Positions 12,820 to 27,600 of a stretch of 64,000 nt of DNA are shown piece after piece. The notes under the pieces are model-generated. The model saw nothing but the letters and a program-made list of their open reading frames with translations. It was not told the DNA's origin and did no database searches. A program made the position numbers and the translations under genes. Source of the stretch: Auanema rhodensis (lineage: Eukaryota; Animalia; Nematoda); contig OZ059900.1 in the NCBI GenBank assembly GCA_964057225.1, positions 3,100,001 to 3,164,000 on the forward strand, written 5' to 3'. Position 1 is the first letter of the stretch. Each line of letters starts with the position of its first letter.

Positions 12820-15800
12820 TACTTGTAAATTTTGATCATATTCGTTAAGATTCGAGAATCAAACATATAATACACGAAATAAGTCTATTTTTACAAGTTT
12901 GCACTGATATTTATTCATTTTGATCAAAAAAGATCGAAAATAGAAAGAATTTTTGAAATTTCCGAGTTTTGAGTCCAATTTGGCTAAATCGCTCATATAT
13001 ATGATCAAAAGCATAGTTTTACTGTCTATGATAACAAAAGTCTTCAAATATACACTAATAATGTGTAAATCACTGAATTTCACTCAAATAGCATTACTAC
13101 ACTAAGTATGGTCGTTTTTATGCCTTTAACACCATATACTCACCGATTTTTGGTACAAAATCTGTGATACTCGTAAATTTTGATCATATTCGGTGAGATT
13201 CGAGAATCAAACACACAATACACGAAATAAGTTTATTTTGACGAGTTTGCACTGATATTTATTCATTTTGATCAAAAAAGGTCGAAAATAGAAAGAATTT
13301 TCGAATTTTCCGAGTTTTGAGTCCAATTGGGCTAAATCGCTCATATATATGATCAAAAGCATAGTTTTACTGTCTATGATAACAAAAGTCTTCAAATATA
13401 CACTAATGATGTGTAAATCACTGAATTTCACTCAAATAGCTTTACTACACTAAGTATGGTCGTTTTTATGCCTTTAACACCATATACTCACCGATTTTTG
13501 GTACAAAATCTGTAATACTCGTAAATTTTGATCATATTCGTTAAGATTTGAGAATCAAACATACAATACACAAAATCAGTCTATTTTTATGAGCTTGCAC
13601 TGATATATATTCATTTTGATCAAAAAAGGTCGAAAATAGAAAGAATTTTTGAAATTTCCGAGTTTTGAGTCTAATTTGGCTAAATCGCTCATATATATGA
13701 TCAAAAGCATAGTTTTACTGTCTATGATAACAAAAGTCTTCAAATATACACTAATAATGTGTAAATCACTGAATTTCATTCAAATAGCTTTACTACACTA
13801 AGTATGGTCGTTTTTATGCCTTTAACACCATATACTCAACGATTTTTGGTACAAAATCTGTAATACTCGTAAATTTTGATCATATTCGTTAAGATTTGAG
13901 AATCAAACATACAATACGCAAAATCAGTCTATTTTTATGAGCTTGCACTGATATATATTCATTTTGATCAAAAAAGGTCGAAAATAGAAAGAATTTTTGA
14001 AATTTCCGAGTTTTGAGTCTAATTTGGCTAAATCGCTCATATACATGATCAGAAGCATAGTTTTATTGTCCATGACAACAAAATTCATCAATTAAACGCT
14101 AGTGATGTTTAAATACTGATTTTCGCTCAAATAGCATTACTACACTAAGTATGGTCGTTTTTATGCCTTTAACACCATATACTCACCGATTTTTGGTACA
14201 AAATCTGTAATACTCGTAAATTTTGATCATATTCGTTAAGATTTGAAAATCAAACACACAATAAACAAAATCAGTCTATTTTTATGAGTTTGCACTGATA
14301 TATATTCATTTTGATCAAAAAAGGTCGAAAATAGAAAGAATTTTTGAAATTTCCGAGTTTTGAGTCTAATTTGGCTAAATCGCTCATATATATGATCAAA
14401 AGCATAGTTTTATTGTCTATAACAACAAAAGTCATCAATTAAACGCTAGTGATGTTTAAATACTGAATTTCGCTCAAATAGCATTACTACACTAAGTATG
14501 GTCATTTTTATGCCTTTAACACCATATACTCACCGATTTTTGGTACAAAATCTGTAATACTTGTAAATTTTGATCATATTCGTTAAGATTCGAGAATCAA
14601 ACATATAATACACGAAATAAGTCTATTTTTACAAGTTTGCACTGATATTTATTCATTTTGATCAAAAAAGATCGAAAATAGAAAGAATTTTTGAAATTTC
14701 CGAGTTTTGAGTCCAATTTGGCTAAATCGCTCATATATATGATCAAAAGCATAGTTTTACTGTCTATGATAACAAAAGTCTTCAAATATACACTAATAAT
14801 GTGTAAATCACTGAATTTCACTCAAATAGCATTACTACACTAAGTATGGTCGTTTTTATGCCTTTAACACCATATACTCACCGATTTTTGGTACAAAATC
14901 TGTGATACTCGTAAATTTTGATCATATTCGGTGAGATTCGAGAATCAAACACACAATACACGAAATAAGTTTATTTTGACGAGTTTGCACTGATATTTAT
15001 TCATTTTGATCAAAAAAGGTCGAAAATAGAAAGAATTTTCGAATTTTCCGAGTTTTGAGTCCAATTGGGCTAAATCGCTCATATATATGATCAAAAGCAT
15101 AGTTTTACTGTCTATGATAACAAAAGTCTTCAAATATACACTAATGATGTGTAAATCACTGAATTTCACTCAAATAGCTTTACTACACTAAGTATGGTCG
15201 TTTTTATGCCTTTAACACCATATACTCACCGATTTTTGGTACAAAATCTGTAATACTCGTAAATTTTGATCATATTCGTTAAGATTTGAGAATCAAACAT
15301 ACAATACACAAAATCAGTCTATTTTTATGAGCTTGCACTGATATATATTCATTTTGATCAAAAAAGGTCGAAAATAGAAAGAATTTTTGAAATTTCCGAG
15401 TTTTGAGTCTAATTTGGCTAAATCGCTCATATATATGATCAAAAGCATAGTTTTACTGTCTATGATAACAAAAGTCTTCAAATATACACTAATAATGTGT
15501 AAATCACTGAATTTCATTCAAATAGCTTTACTACACTAAGTATGGTCGTTTTTATGCCTTTAACACCATATACTCAACGATTTTTGGTACAAAATCTGTA
15601 ATACTCGTAAATTTTGATCATATTCGTTAAGATTTGAGAATCAAACATACAATACGCAAAATCAGTCTATTTTTATGAGCTTGCACTGATATATATTCAT
15701 TTTGATCAAAAAAGGTCGAAAATAGAAAGAATTTTTGAAATTTCCGAGTTTTGAGTCTAATTTGGCTAAATCGCTCATATACATGATCAGAAGCATAGTT

Positions 15801-15990
15801 TTATTGTCTATGACAACAAAATTCATCAATTAAACGCTAGTGATGTTTAAATACTGATTTTCGCTCAAATAGCATTACTACACTAAGTATGGTCGTTTTT
15901 ATGCCTTTAACACCATATACTCACCGATTTTTGGTACAAAATCTGTAATACTCGTAAATTTTGATCATATTCGTTAAGATTTGAAAATCA
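12820..15990 (+). repeat. 5-monomer duplication (1738-bp period)
   Basis: Diagnostic AAACATATAAT/ACAAGTTT/AAAGATCGAA monomer at 12859 and 14597; TTTTCGAATTTT monomer at 13207 and 14945; also 13576/15314. Confidence 0.82.
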
Positions 15991-18900
15991 AACACACAAT
16001 AAACAAAATCAGTCTATTTTTATGAGTTTGCACTGATATATATTCATTTTGATCAAAAAAGGTCGAAAATAGAAAGAATTTTTGAATTTTCCGAGTTTTG
16101 AGTCCAATTGGGCTAAATCGCTCATATATATGATCAAAAGCATAGTTTTACTGTCTATGATAACAAAAGTCTTCAAATATACACTAATAATGTGTAAATC
16201 ACTGAATTTCATTCAAATAGCTTTACTACACTAAGTATGGTCGTTTTTATGCCTTTAACACCATATACTCAACGATTTTTGGTACAAAATCTGTAATACT
16301 CGTAAATTTTGATCATATTCGTTAAGATTTGAGAATCAAACATACAATACGCAAAATCAGTCTATTTTTATGAGCTTGCACTGATATATATTCATTTTGA
16401 TCAAAAAAGGTCGAAAATAGAAAGAATTTTTGAAATTTCCGAGTTTTGAGTCTAATTTGGCTAAATCGCTCATATACATGATCAGAAGCATAGTTTTATT
16501 GTCTATGACAACAAAATTTATCAATTAAACGCTAGTGATGTTTAAATACTGATTTTCGCTCAAATAGCATTACTACACTAAGTATGGTCGTTTTTATGCC
16601 TTTAACACCATATACTCACCGATTTTTGGTACAAAATCTGTAATACTCGTAAATTTTGATCATATTCGTTAAGATTTGAAAATCAAACACACAATAAACA
16701 AAATCAGTCTATTTTTATGAGTTTGCACTGATATATATTCATTTTGATCAAAAAAGGTCGAAAATAGAAAGAATTTTTGAATTTTCCGAGTTTTGAGTCC
16801 AATTGGGCTAAATCGCTCATATATATGATCAAAAGCATAGTTTTACTGTCTATGATAACAAAAGTCTTCAAATATACACTAATAATGATTAAATCACTGA
16901 ATTTCACTCAAATAGCATTACTACACTAAGTATGGTCGTTTTTATGCCTTTAACACCATATACTCACCGATTTTTGGTACAAAATCTGTGATACTCGTAA
17001 ATTTTGATCATATTCGGTGAGATTCGAGAATCAAACACACAATACACGAAGTAAGTTTATTTTTACGAGTTTGCACTGATATTTATTCATTTTGATCAAA
17101 AAAGGTCGAAAATAGAAAGAATTTTTGAAATTTCCGAGTTTTGAGTCTAATTTGGCTAAATCGCTCATATACATGATCAGAAGCATAGTTTTATTGTCTA
17201 TGACAACAAAAGTCATCAATTGAACGCTAGTGATGTTTAAATACTGATTTTCGCTCAAATAGCATTACTACACTAAGTATGGTCGTTTTTATGCCTTTAA
17301 CACCATATACTCACCGATTTTTGGTACAAAATCTGTAATACTCGTAAATTTTGATCATATTCGTTAAGATTTGAGAATCAAACATACAATACACAAAATC
17401 AGTCTATTTTTATGAGCTTGCACTGATATATATTCATTTTGATCAAAAAAGGTCGAAAATAGAAAGAATTTTTGAAATTTACGAGTTTTGAGTCTAATTT
17501 GGCTAAATCGCTCATATATATGATCAGAAGCATAGTTTTATTGTCTATGACAACAAAAGTCATTAGTTAAACACTAATGATGTTTAAATCACTAAATTTC
17601 GCTCAAATAGCATTACTACACTAAGTATGGTCGTTTTTATGCCTTTAACACCATATACTCACCGATTTTTGGTACAAAATCTGTAATACTTGTAAATTTT
17701 GATCATATTCGTTAAGATTCGAGAATCAAACATATAATACACGAAATAAGTCTATTTTTACAAGTTTGCACTGATATTTATTCATTTTGATCAAAAAAGA
17801 TCGAAAATAGAAAGAATTTTTGAAATTTCCGAGTTTTGAGTCCAATTTGGCTAAATCGCTCATATATATGATCAAAAGCATAGTTTTACTGTCTATGATA
17901 ACAAAAGTCTTCAAATATACACTAATAATGTGTAAATCACTGAATTTCACTCAAATAGCATTACTACACTAAGTATGGTCGTTTTTATGCCTTTAACACC
18001 ATATACTCACCGATTTTTGGTACAAAATCTGTGATACTCGTAAATTTTGATCATATTCGGTGAGATTCGAGAATCAAACACACAATACACGAAATAAGTT
18101 TATTTTGACGAGTTTGCACTGATATTTATTCATTTTGATCAAAAAAGGTCGAAAATAGAAAGAATTTTCGAATTTTCCGAGTTTTGAGTCCAATTGGGCT
18201 AAATCGCTCATATATATGATCAAAAGCATAGTTTTACTGTCTATGATAACAAAAGTCTTCAAATATACACTAATGATGTGTAAATCACTGAATTTCACTC
18301 AAATAGCTTTACTACACTAAGTATGGTCGTTTTTATGCCTTTAACACCATATACTCACCGATTTTTGGTACAAAATCTGTAATACTCGTAAATTTTGATC
18401 ATATTCGTTAAGATTTGAGAATCAAACATACAATACACAAAATCAGTCTATTTTTATGAGCTTGCACTGATAAATATTCATTTTGATCAAAAAAGGTCGA
18501 AAATAGAAAGAATTTTTGAAATTTCCGAGTTTTGAGTCTAATTTGGCTAAATCGCTCATATATATGATCAAAAGCATAGTTTTACTGTCTATGATAACAA
18601 AAGTCTTCAAATATACACTAATAATGTGTAAATCACTGAATTTCATTCAAATAGCTTTACTACACTAAGTATGGTCGTTTTTATGCCTTTAACACCATAT
18701 ACTCAACGATTTTTGGTACAAAATCTGTAATACTCGTAAATTTTGATCATATTCGTTAAGATTTGAGAATCAAACATACAATACGCAAAATCAGTCTATT
18801 TTTATGAGCTTGCACTGATATATATTCATTTTGATCAAAAAAGGTCGAAAATAGAAAGAATTTTTGAAATTTCCGAGTTTTGAGTCTAATTTGGCTAAAT

Positions 18901-20850
18901 CGCTCATATACATGATCAGAAGCATAGTTTTATTGTCTATGACAACAAAATTCATCAATTAAACGCTAGTGATGTTTAAATACTGATTTTCGCTCAAATA
19001 GCATTACTACACTAAGTATGGTCGTTTTTATGCCTTTAACACCATATACTCACCGATTTTTGGTACAAAATCTGTAATACTCGTAAATTTTGATCATATT
19101 CGTTAAGATTTGAAAATCAAACACACAATAAACAAAATCAGTCTATTTTTATGAGTTTGCACTGATATATATTCATTTTGATCAAAAAAGGTCGAAAATA
19201 GAAAGAATTTTTGAATTTTCCGAGTTTTGAGTCCAATTGGGCTAAATCGCTCATATATATGATCAAAAGCATAGTTTTACTGTCTATGATAACAAAAGTC
19301 TTCAAATATACACTAATAATGTGTAAATCACTGAATTTCATTCAAATAGCTTTACTACACTAAGTATGGTCGTTTTTATGCCTTTAACACCATATACTCA
19401 ACGATTTTTGGTACAAAATCTGTAATACTCGTAAATTTTGATCATATTCGTTAAGATTTGAGAATCAAACATACAATACGCAAAATCAGTCTATTTTTAT
19501 GAGCTTGCACTGATATATATTCATTTTGATCAAAAAAGGTCGAAAATAGAAAGAATTTTTGAAATTTCCGAGTTTTGAGTCTAATTTGGCTAAATCGCTC
19601 ATATACATGATCAGAAGCATAGTTTTATTGTCTATGACAACAAAATTTATCAATTAAACGCTAGTGATGTTTAAATACTGATTTTCGCTCAAATAGCATT
19701 ACTACACTAAGTATGGTCGTTTTTATGCCTTTAACACCATATACTCACCGATTTTTGGTACAAAATCTGTAATACTCGTAAATTTTGATCATATTCGTTA
19801 AGATTTGAAAATCAAACACACAATGAACAAAATCAGTCTATTTTTATGAGTTTGCACTGATATATATTCATTTTGATCAAAAAAGGTCGAAAATAGAAAG
19901 AATTTTTGAATTTTCCGAGTTTTGAGTCCAATTGGGCTAAATCGCTCATATATATGATCAAAAGCATAGTTTTACTGTCTATGATAACAAAAGTCTTCAA
20001 ATATACACTAATAATGATTAAATCACTGAATTTCACTCAAATAGCATTACTACACTAAGTATGGTCGTTTTTATGCCTTTAACACCATATACTCACCGAT
20101 TTTTGGTACAAAATCTGTGATACTCGTAAATTTTGATCATATTCGGTGAGATTCGAGAATCAAACACACAATACACGAAATAAGTTTATTTTTACGAGTT
20201 TGCACTGATATTTATTCATTTTGATCAAAAAAGGTCGAAAATAGAAAGAATTTTTGAAATTTCCGAGTTTTGAGTCTAATTTGGCTAAATCGCTCATATA
20301 CATGATCAGAAGCATAGTTTTATTGTCTATGACAACAAAAGTCATCAATTAAACGCTAGTGATGTTTAAATACTGATTTTCGCTCAAATAGCATTACTAC
20401 ACTAAGTATGGTCATTTTTATGCCTTTAACACCATATACTCACCGATTTTTGGTACAAAATCTGTAATACTCGTAAATTTTGATCATATTCGTTAAGATT
20501 TGAGAATCAAACATACAATACACAAAATCAGTCTATTTTTATGAGCTTGCACTGATATATATTCATTTTGATCAAAAAAGGTCGAAAATAGAAAGAATTT
20601 TTGAAATTTACGAGTTTTGAGTCTAATTTGGCTAAATCGCTCATATATATGATCAGAAGCATAGTTTTATTGTCTATGACAACAAAAGTCATTAGTTAAA
20701 CACTAATGATGTTTAAATCACTAAATTTCGCTCAAATAGCATTACTACACTAAGTATGGTCGTTTTTATGCCTTTAACACCATATACTCACCGATTTTTG
20801 GTAAAAAATCTGTAATACTTGTAAATTTTGATCATATTCGTTAAGATTCG
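14560..20850 (+). repeat. Tandem 9-monomer duplication (3129-bp period)
   Basis: ORF pairs 14597/17726, 14945/18074, 15314/18443, 16009/19138, 16704/19833 and 17031/20160 all differ by 3129. Shared variant ACAAAATTTATC at ~16511 and ~19640. Confidence 0.85.
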
Positions 20851-23280
20851 AGAATCAAACACATAATACACGAAATAAGTCTATTTTTATGAGTTTGCAC
20901 TGATATTTATTCATTTTGATCAAAAAAGGTCGAAAATAGAAAGAATTTTTGAATTTTCCGAGTTTTGAGTCCAATTGGGCTAAATCGCTCATATATATGA
21001 TCAAAAGCATAGTTTTACTGTCTATGATAACAAAAGTCTTCAAATATACACTAATAATGATTTAATCACTGAATTTCACTCAAATAGCATTACTACACTA
21101 AGTATGGTCGTTTTTATGCCTTTAACACCATATACTCACCGATTTTTGGTACAAAATCTGTGATACTCGTAAATTTTGATCATATTCGGTGAGATTCGAG
21201 AACCAAACACACAATACACGAAATAAGTTTATTTTTACGAGTTTGCACTGATATTTATTCATTTTGATCAAAAAAGGTCAAAAATAGAAAGAATTTTTGA
21301 AATTTCCGAGTTTTGAGTCTAATTTGGCTAAATCGCTCATATATATGATCAAAAGCATAGTTTTACTGTCTATGATAACAAAAGTCTTCAAATATACACT
21401 AATAATGTGTAAATCACTGAATTTCACTCAAATAGCATTACTATACTAAGTATGGTCGTTTTTATGCCTTTAACACCATATACTCACCGATTTTTGGTAC
21501 AAAATCTGTAATACTCGTAAATTTTGATCATATTCGTTAAGATTTGAAAATCAAACACACAATAAACAAAATCAGTCTATTTTTATGAGTTTGCACTGAT
21601 ATATATTCATTTTGATCAAAAAAGGTCGAAAATAGAAAGAATTTTTGAATTTTCCGAGTTTTGAGTCCAATTGGGCTAAATCGCTCATATATATGATCAA
21701 AAGCATAGTTTTACTGTCTATGATAACAAAAGTCTTCAAATATACACTAATAATGATTAAATCACTGAATTTCACTCAAATAGCATTACTACACTAAGTA
21801 TGGTCGTTTTTATGCCTTTAACACCATATACTCACCGATTTTTGGTACAAAATCTGTGATACTCGTAAATTTTGATCATATTCGGTGAGATTCGAGAATC
21901 AAACACACAATACACGAAATAAGTTTATTTTTACGAGTTTGCACTGATATTTATTCATTTTGATCAAAAAAGGTCGAAAATAGAAAGAATTTTTGAAATT
22001 TCCGAGTTTTGAGTCTAATTTGGCTAAATCGCTCATATACATGATCAGAAGCATAGTTTTATTGTCTATGACAACAAAAGTCATCAATTAAACGCTAGTG
22101 ATGTTTAAATACTGATTTTCGCTCAAATAGCATTACTACACTAAGTATGGTCATTTTTATGCCTTTAACACCATATACTCACCGATTTTTGGTACAAAAT
22201 CTGTAATACTCGTAAATTTTGATCATATTCGTTAAGATTTGAGAATCAAACATACAATACACAAAATCAGTCTATTTTTATGAGCTTGCACTGATATATA
22301 TTCATTTTGATCAAAAAAGGTCGAAAATAGAAAGAATTTTTGAAATTTACGAGTTTTGAGTCTAATTTGGCTAAATCGCTCATATATATGATCAGAAGCA
22401 TAGTTTTATTGTCTATGACAACAAAAGTCATTAGTTAAACACTAATGATGTTTAAATCACTAAATTTCGCTCAAATAGCATTACTACACTAAGTATGGTC
22501 GTTTTTATGCCTTTAACACCATATACTCACCGATTTTTGGTACAAAATCTGTAATACTTGTAAATTTTGATCATATTCGTTAATATTCGAGAATCAAACA
22601 CATAATACACGAAATAAGTCTATTTTTATGAGTTTGCACTGATATTTATTCATTTTGATCAAAAAAGGTCGAAAATAGAAAGAATTTTTGAATTTTCCGA
22701 GTTTTGAGTCCAATTGGGCTAAATCGCTCATATATATGATCAAAAGCATAGTTTTACTGTCTATGATAACAAAAGTCTTCAAATATACACTAATAATGAT
22801 TTAATCACTGAATTTCACTCAAATAGCATTACTACACTAAGTATGGTCGTTTTTATGCCTTTAACACCATATACTCACCGATTTTTGGTACAAAATCTGT
22901 GATACTCGTAAATTTTGATCATATTCGGTGAGATTCGAGAACCAAACACACAATACACGAAATAAGTTTATTTTTACGAGTTTGCACTGATATTTATTCA
23001 TTTTGATCAAAAAAGGTCAAAAATAGAAAGAATTTTTGAAATTTCCGAGTTTTGAGTCTAATTTGGCTAAATCGCTCATATATATGATCAAAAGCATAGT
23101 TTTACTGTCTATGATAACAAAAGTCTTCAAATATACACTAATAATGTGTAAATCACTGAATTTCACTCAAATAGCATTACTATACTAAGTATGGTCGTTT
23201 TTATGCCTTTAACACCATATACTCACCGATTTTTGGTACAAAATCTGTGATACTCGTAAATTTTGATCATATTCGGTGAG
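19810..23280 (+). repeat. Tandem 5-monomer duplication (1739-bp period)
   Basis: ORF pairs 19833/21572, 20160/21899 and 20855/22594; shared GAGAACCAAAC, GGTCAAAAA and CTATACTAAG variants at ~21200-21450 and ~22940-23190. Confidence 0.83.
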
Positions 23281-24659
23281 ATTCGAGAATCAAACACACA
23301 ATACACAAAATAAGTTTATTTTTACGAGTTTGCACTGATATTTATTCATTTTGATCAAAAAAGGTCGAAAATAGAAAGAATTTTTGAAATTTCCGAGTTT
23401 TGAGTCTAATTTGGCTAAATCGCTCATATATATGATCAAAAGCATAGTTTTATTGTCTATGACAACAAAAATCATCAATTAAACGCTAGTGATGTTTAAA
23501 TACTGAATTTCGCTCAAATAGCATTACTACACTAAGTATGGTCGTTTTTATGCCTTTAACACCATATACTCACCGGTTTTTGGTACAAAATCTGTAATAC
23601 TCGTAATTTTGATCATATTCGTTAAGATTTGAGAATCAAACATACAATACACAAAATCAGTCTATTTTTATGAGCTTGCACTGATATATATTCATTTTGA
23701 TCAAAAAAGGTCGAAAATAGAAAGAATTTTTGAAATTTACGAGTTTTGAGTCTAATTTGGCTAAATCGCTCATATATATGATCAGAAGCATAGTTTTATT
23801 GTCTATGACAACGAAAGTCATTAATTAAACACTAATGATGTTTAAATCACTAAATTTCGCTCAAATAGCATTACTACACTAAGTATGGTCGTTTTTATGC
23901 CTTTAACACCATATACTCACCGATTTTTGGTACAAAATCTGTAATACTCGTAAATTTTGATCATATTCGTTAAGATTTGAGAATCAAACATACAATACAC
24001 AAAATCAGTCTATTTTTATGAGCTTGCACTGATATATATTCATTTTGATCAAAAAAGGTCGAAAATAGAAAGAATTTTTGAAATTTACGAGTTTTGAGTC
24101 TAATTTGGCTAAATCGCTCATATATATGATCAGAAGCATAGTTTTATTGTCTATGACAACAAAAGTCATTAGTTAAACACTAATGATGTTTAAATCACTA
24201 AATTTCGCTCAAATAGCATTACTACACTAAGTATGGTCGTTTTTATGCCTTTAACACCATATACTCACCGATTTTTGGTACAAAATCTGTAATACTTGTA
24301 AATTTTGATCATATTCGTTAAGATTCGAGAATCAAACACATAATACACGAAATAAGTCTATTTTTATGAGTTTGCACTGATATTTATTCATTTTGATCAA
24401 AAAAGGTCGAAAATAGAAAGAATTTTTGAATTTTCCGAGTTTTGAGTCCAATTGGGCTAAATCGCTCATATATATGATCAAAAGCATAGTTTTACTGTGT
24501 ATGATAACAAAAGTCTTCAAATATACACTAATAATGATTTAATCACTGAATTTCACTCAAATAGCATTACTACACTAAGTATGGTCGTTTTTATGCCTTT
24601 AACACCATATACTCACCGATTTTTGGTACAAAATCTGTGATACTCGTAAATTTTGATCA

Positions 24660-27600
24660 TATTCGGTGAGATTCGAGAATCAAACACACAATACACGAAA
24701 TAAGTTTATTTTTACGAGTTTGCACTGATATTTATTCATTTTGATCAAAAAAGGTCGAAAATAGAAAGAATTTTTGAAATTTCCGAGTTTTGAGTCTAAT
24801 TTGGCTAAATCGCTCATATATATGATCAAAAGCATAGTTTTACTGTCTATAATAACAAAAGTCTTCAAATATACACTAATAATGTGTAAATCACTGAATT
24901 TCACTCAAATAGCATTACTACACTAAGTATGGTCGTTTTTATGCCTTTAACACCATATACTCACCGATTTTTGGTACAAAATCTGTGATACTCGTAAATT
25001 TTGATCATATTCGGTGAGATTCGAGAATCAAACACACAATACACAAAATAAGTTTATTTTTAAGAGTTTGCACTGATATTTATTCATTTTGATCAAAAAA
25101 GGTCGAAAATAGAAAGAATTTTTGAAATTTCCGAGTTTTGAGTCTAATTTGGCTAAATCGCTCATATATATGATCAAAAGCATAGTTTTATTGTCTATGA
25201 CAACAAAAGTCATCAATTAAACGCTAGTGATGTTTAAATACTGAATTTCGCTCAAATAGCATTACTACACTAAGTATGGTCGTTTTTATGCCTTTAACAC
25301 CATATACTCACCGATTTTTGGTACAAAATCTGTAATACTCGTAAATTTTGATCATATTCGTTAAGATTTGAGAATCAAACATACAATACACAAAATCAGT
25401 CTATTTTTAAAAGCTTGCACTGATATATATTCATTTTGATCAAAAAAGGTCGAAAATAGAAAGAATTTTTGAAATTTACGAGTTTTGAGTCTAATTTGGC
25501 TAAATCGCTCATATATATGATCAGAAGCATAGTTTTATTGTCTATGACAACGAAAGTCATTAATTAAACACTAATGATGTTTAAATCACTAAATTTCGCT
25601 CAAATAGCATTACTACACTAAGTATGGTCGTTTTTATGCCTTTAACACCATATACTCACCGATTTTTGGTACAAAATCTGTAATACTCGTAAATTTTGAT
25701 CATATTCGTTAAGATTTGAGAATCAAACATACAATACACAAAATCAGTCTATTTTTATGAGCTTGCACTGATATATATTCATTTTGATCAAAAAAGGTCG
25801 AAAATAGAAAGAATTTTTGAAATTTCCGAGTTTTGAGTCTAATTTGGCTAAATCGCTCATATATATGATCAAAAGCATAGTTTTACTGTCTATGATAACA
25901 AAAGTCTTCAAATATACACTAATAATGTGTAAATCACTGAATTTCACTCAAATAGCTTTACTACACTAAGTATGGTCGTTTTTATGCCTTTAACACCATA
26001 TACTCAACGATTTTTGGTACAAAATCTGTAATACTCGTAAATTTTGATCATATTCGTTAAGATTCGAGAATCAAACATACAATACACAAAATCAGTCTAT
26101 TTTTATGAGCTTGCACTGATATATATTCATTTTGATCAAAAAAGGTCGAAAATAGAAAGAATTTTTGAAATTTCCGAGTTTTGAGTCTAATTTGGCTAAA
26201 TCGCTCATATACATGATCAGAAGCATAGTTTTATTGTCTATGACAACAAAAGTCATCAATTAAACGCTAGTGATGTTTAAATACTGATTTTCGCTCAAAT
26301 AGCATTACTACACTAAGTATGGTCGTTTTTATGCCTTTAACACCATATACTCACCGATTTTTGGTACAAAATCTGTGATACTCGTAAATTTTGATCATAT
26401 TCGGTGAGATTCGAGAATCAAACACACAATACACGAAATAAGTTTATTTTTACGAGTTTGCACTGATATTTATTCATTTTGATCAAAAAAGGTCGAAAAT
26501 AGAAAGAATTTTTGAAATTTCCGAGTTTTGAGTCTAATTTGGCTAAATCGCTCATATATATGATCAAAAGCATAGTTTTATTGTGTATGACAACAAAAGT
26601 CATTAATTAAACGCTAGTGATGTTTAAATACTGATTTTCGCTCAAATAGCATTGCTACACTAAGTATGGTCGTTTTTATGCCTTTAACACCATATACTCA
26701 CCGATTTTTGGTACAAAATCTGTAATACTCGTAAATTTTGATCATATTTGTTAAGATTTGAAAATCAAACACACAATAAACAAAATCAGTCTATTTTTAT
26801 GAGTTTGCACTGATATATATTCATTTTGATCAAAAAAGGTCGAAAATAGAAAGAATTTTTGAATTTTCCGAGTTTTGAGTCCAATTGGGCTAAATCGCTC
26901 ATATATATGATCAAAAGCATAGTTTTACTGTCTATGATAACAAAAGTCTTCAAATATACACTAATAATGTGTAAATCACTGAATTTCACTCAAATAGCTT
27001 TACTACACTAAGTATGGTCGTTTTTATGCCTTTAACACAATATACTCAACGATTTTTGGTACAAAATCTGTAATACTCGTAAATTTTGATCATATTCGTT
27101 AAGATTTGAGAATCAAACATACAATACACAAAATCAGTCTATTTTTATGAGCTTGCACTGATATATATTCATTTTGATCAAAAAAGGTCGAAAATAGAAA
27201 GAATTTTTGAAATTTCCGAGTTTTGAGTCTAATTTGGCTAAATCGCTCATATACATGATCAGAAGCATAGTTTTATTGTCTATGACAACAAAAGTCATCA
27301 ATTAAACGCTAGTGATGTTTAAATACTGATTTTCGCTCAAATAGCATTACTACACTAAGTATGGTCGTTTTTATGCCTTTAACACCATATACTCACCGAT
27401 TTTTGGTACAAAATCTGTGATACTCGTAAATTTTGATCATATTCGGTGAGATTCGAGAATCAAACACACAATACACGAAATAAGTTTATTTTTACGAGTT
27501 TGCACTGATATTTATTCATTTTGATCAAAAAAGGTCGAAAATAGAAAGAATTTTTGAAATTTCCGAGTTTTGAGTCTAATTTGGCTAAATCGCTCATATA

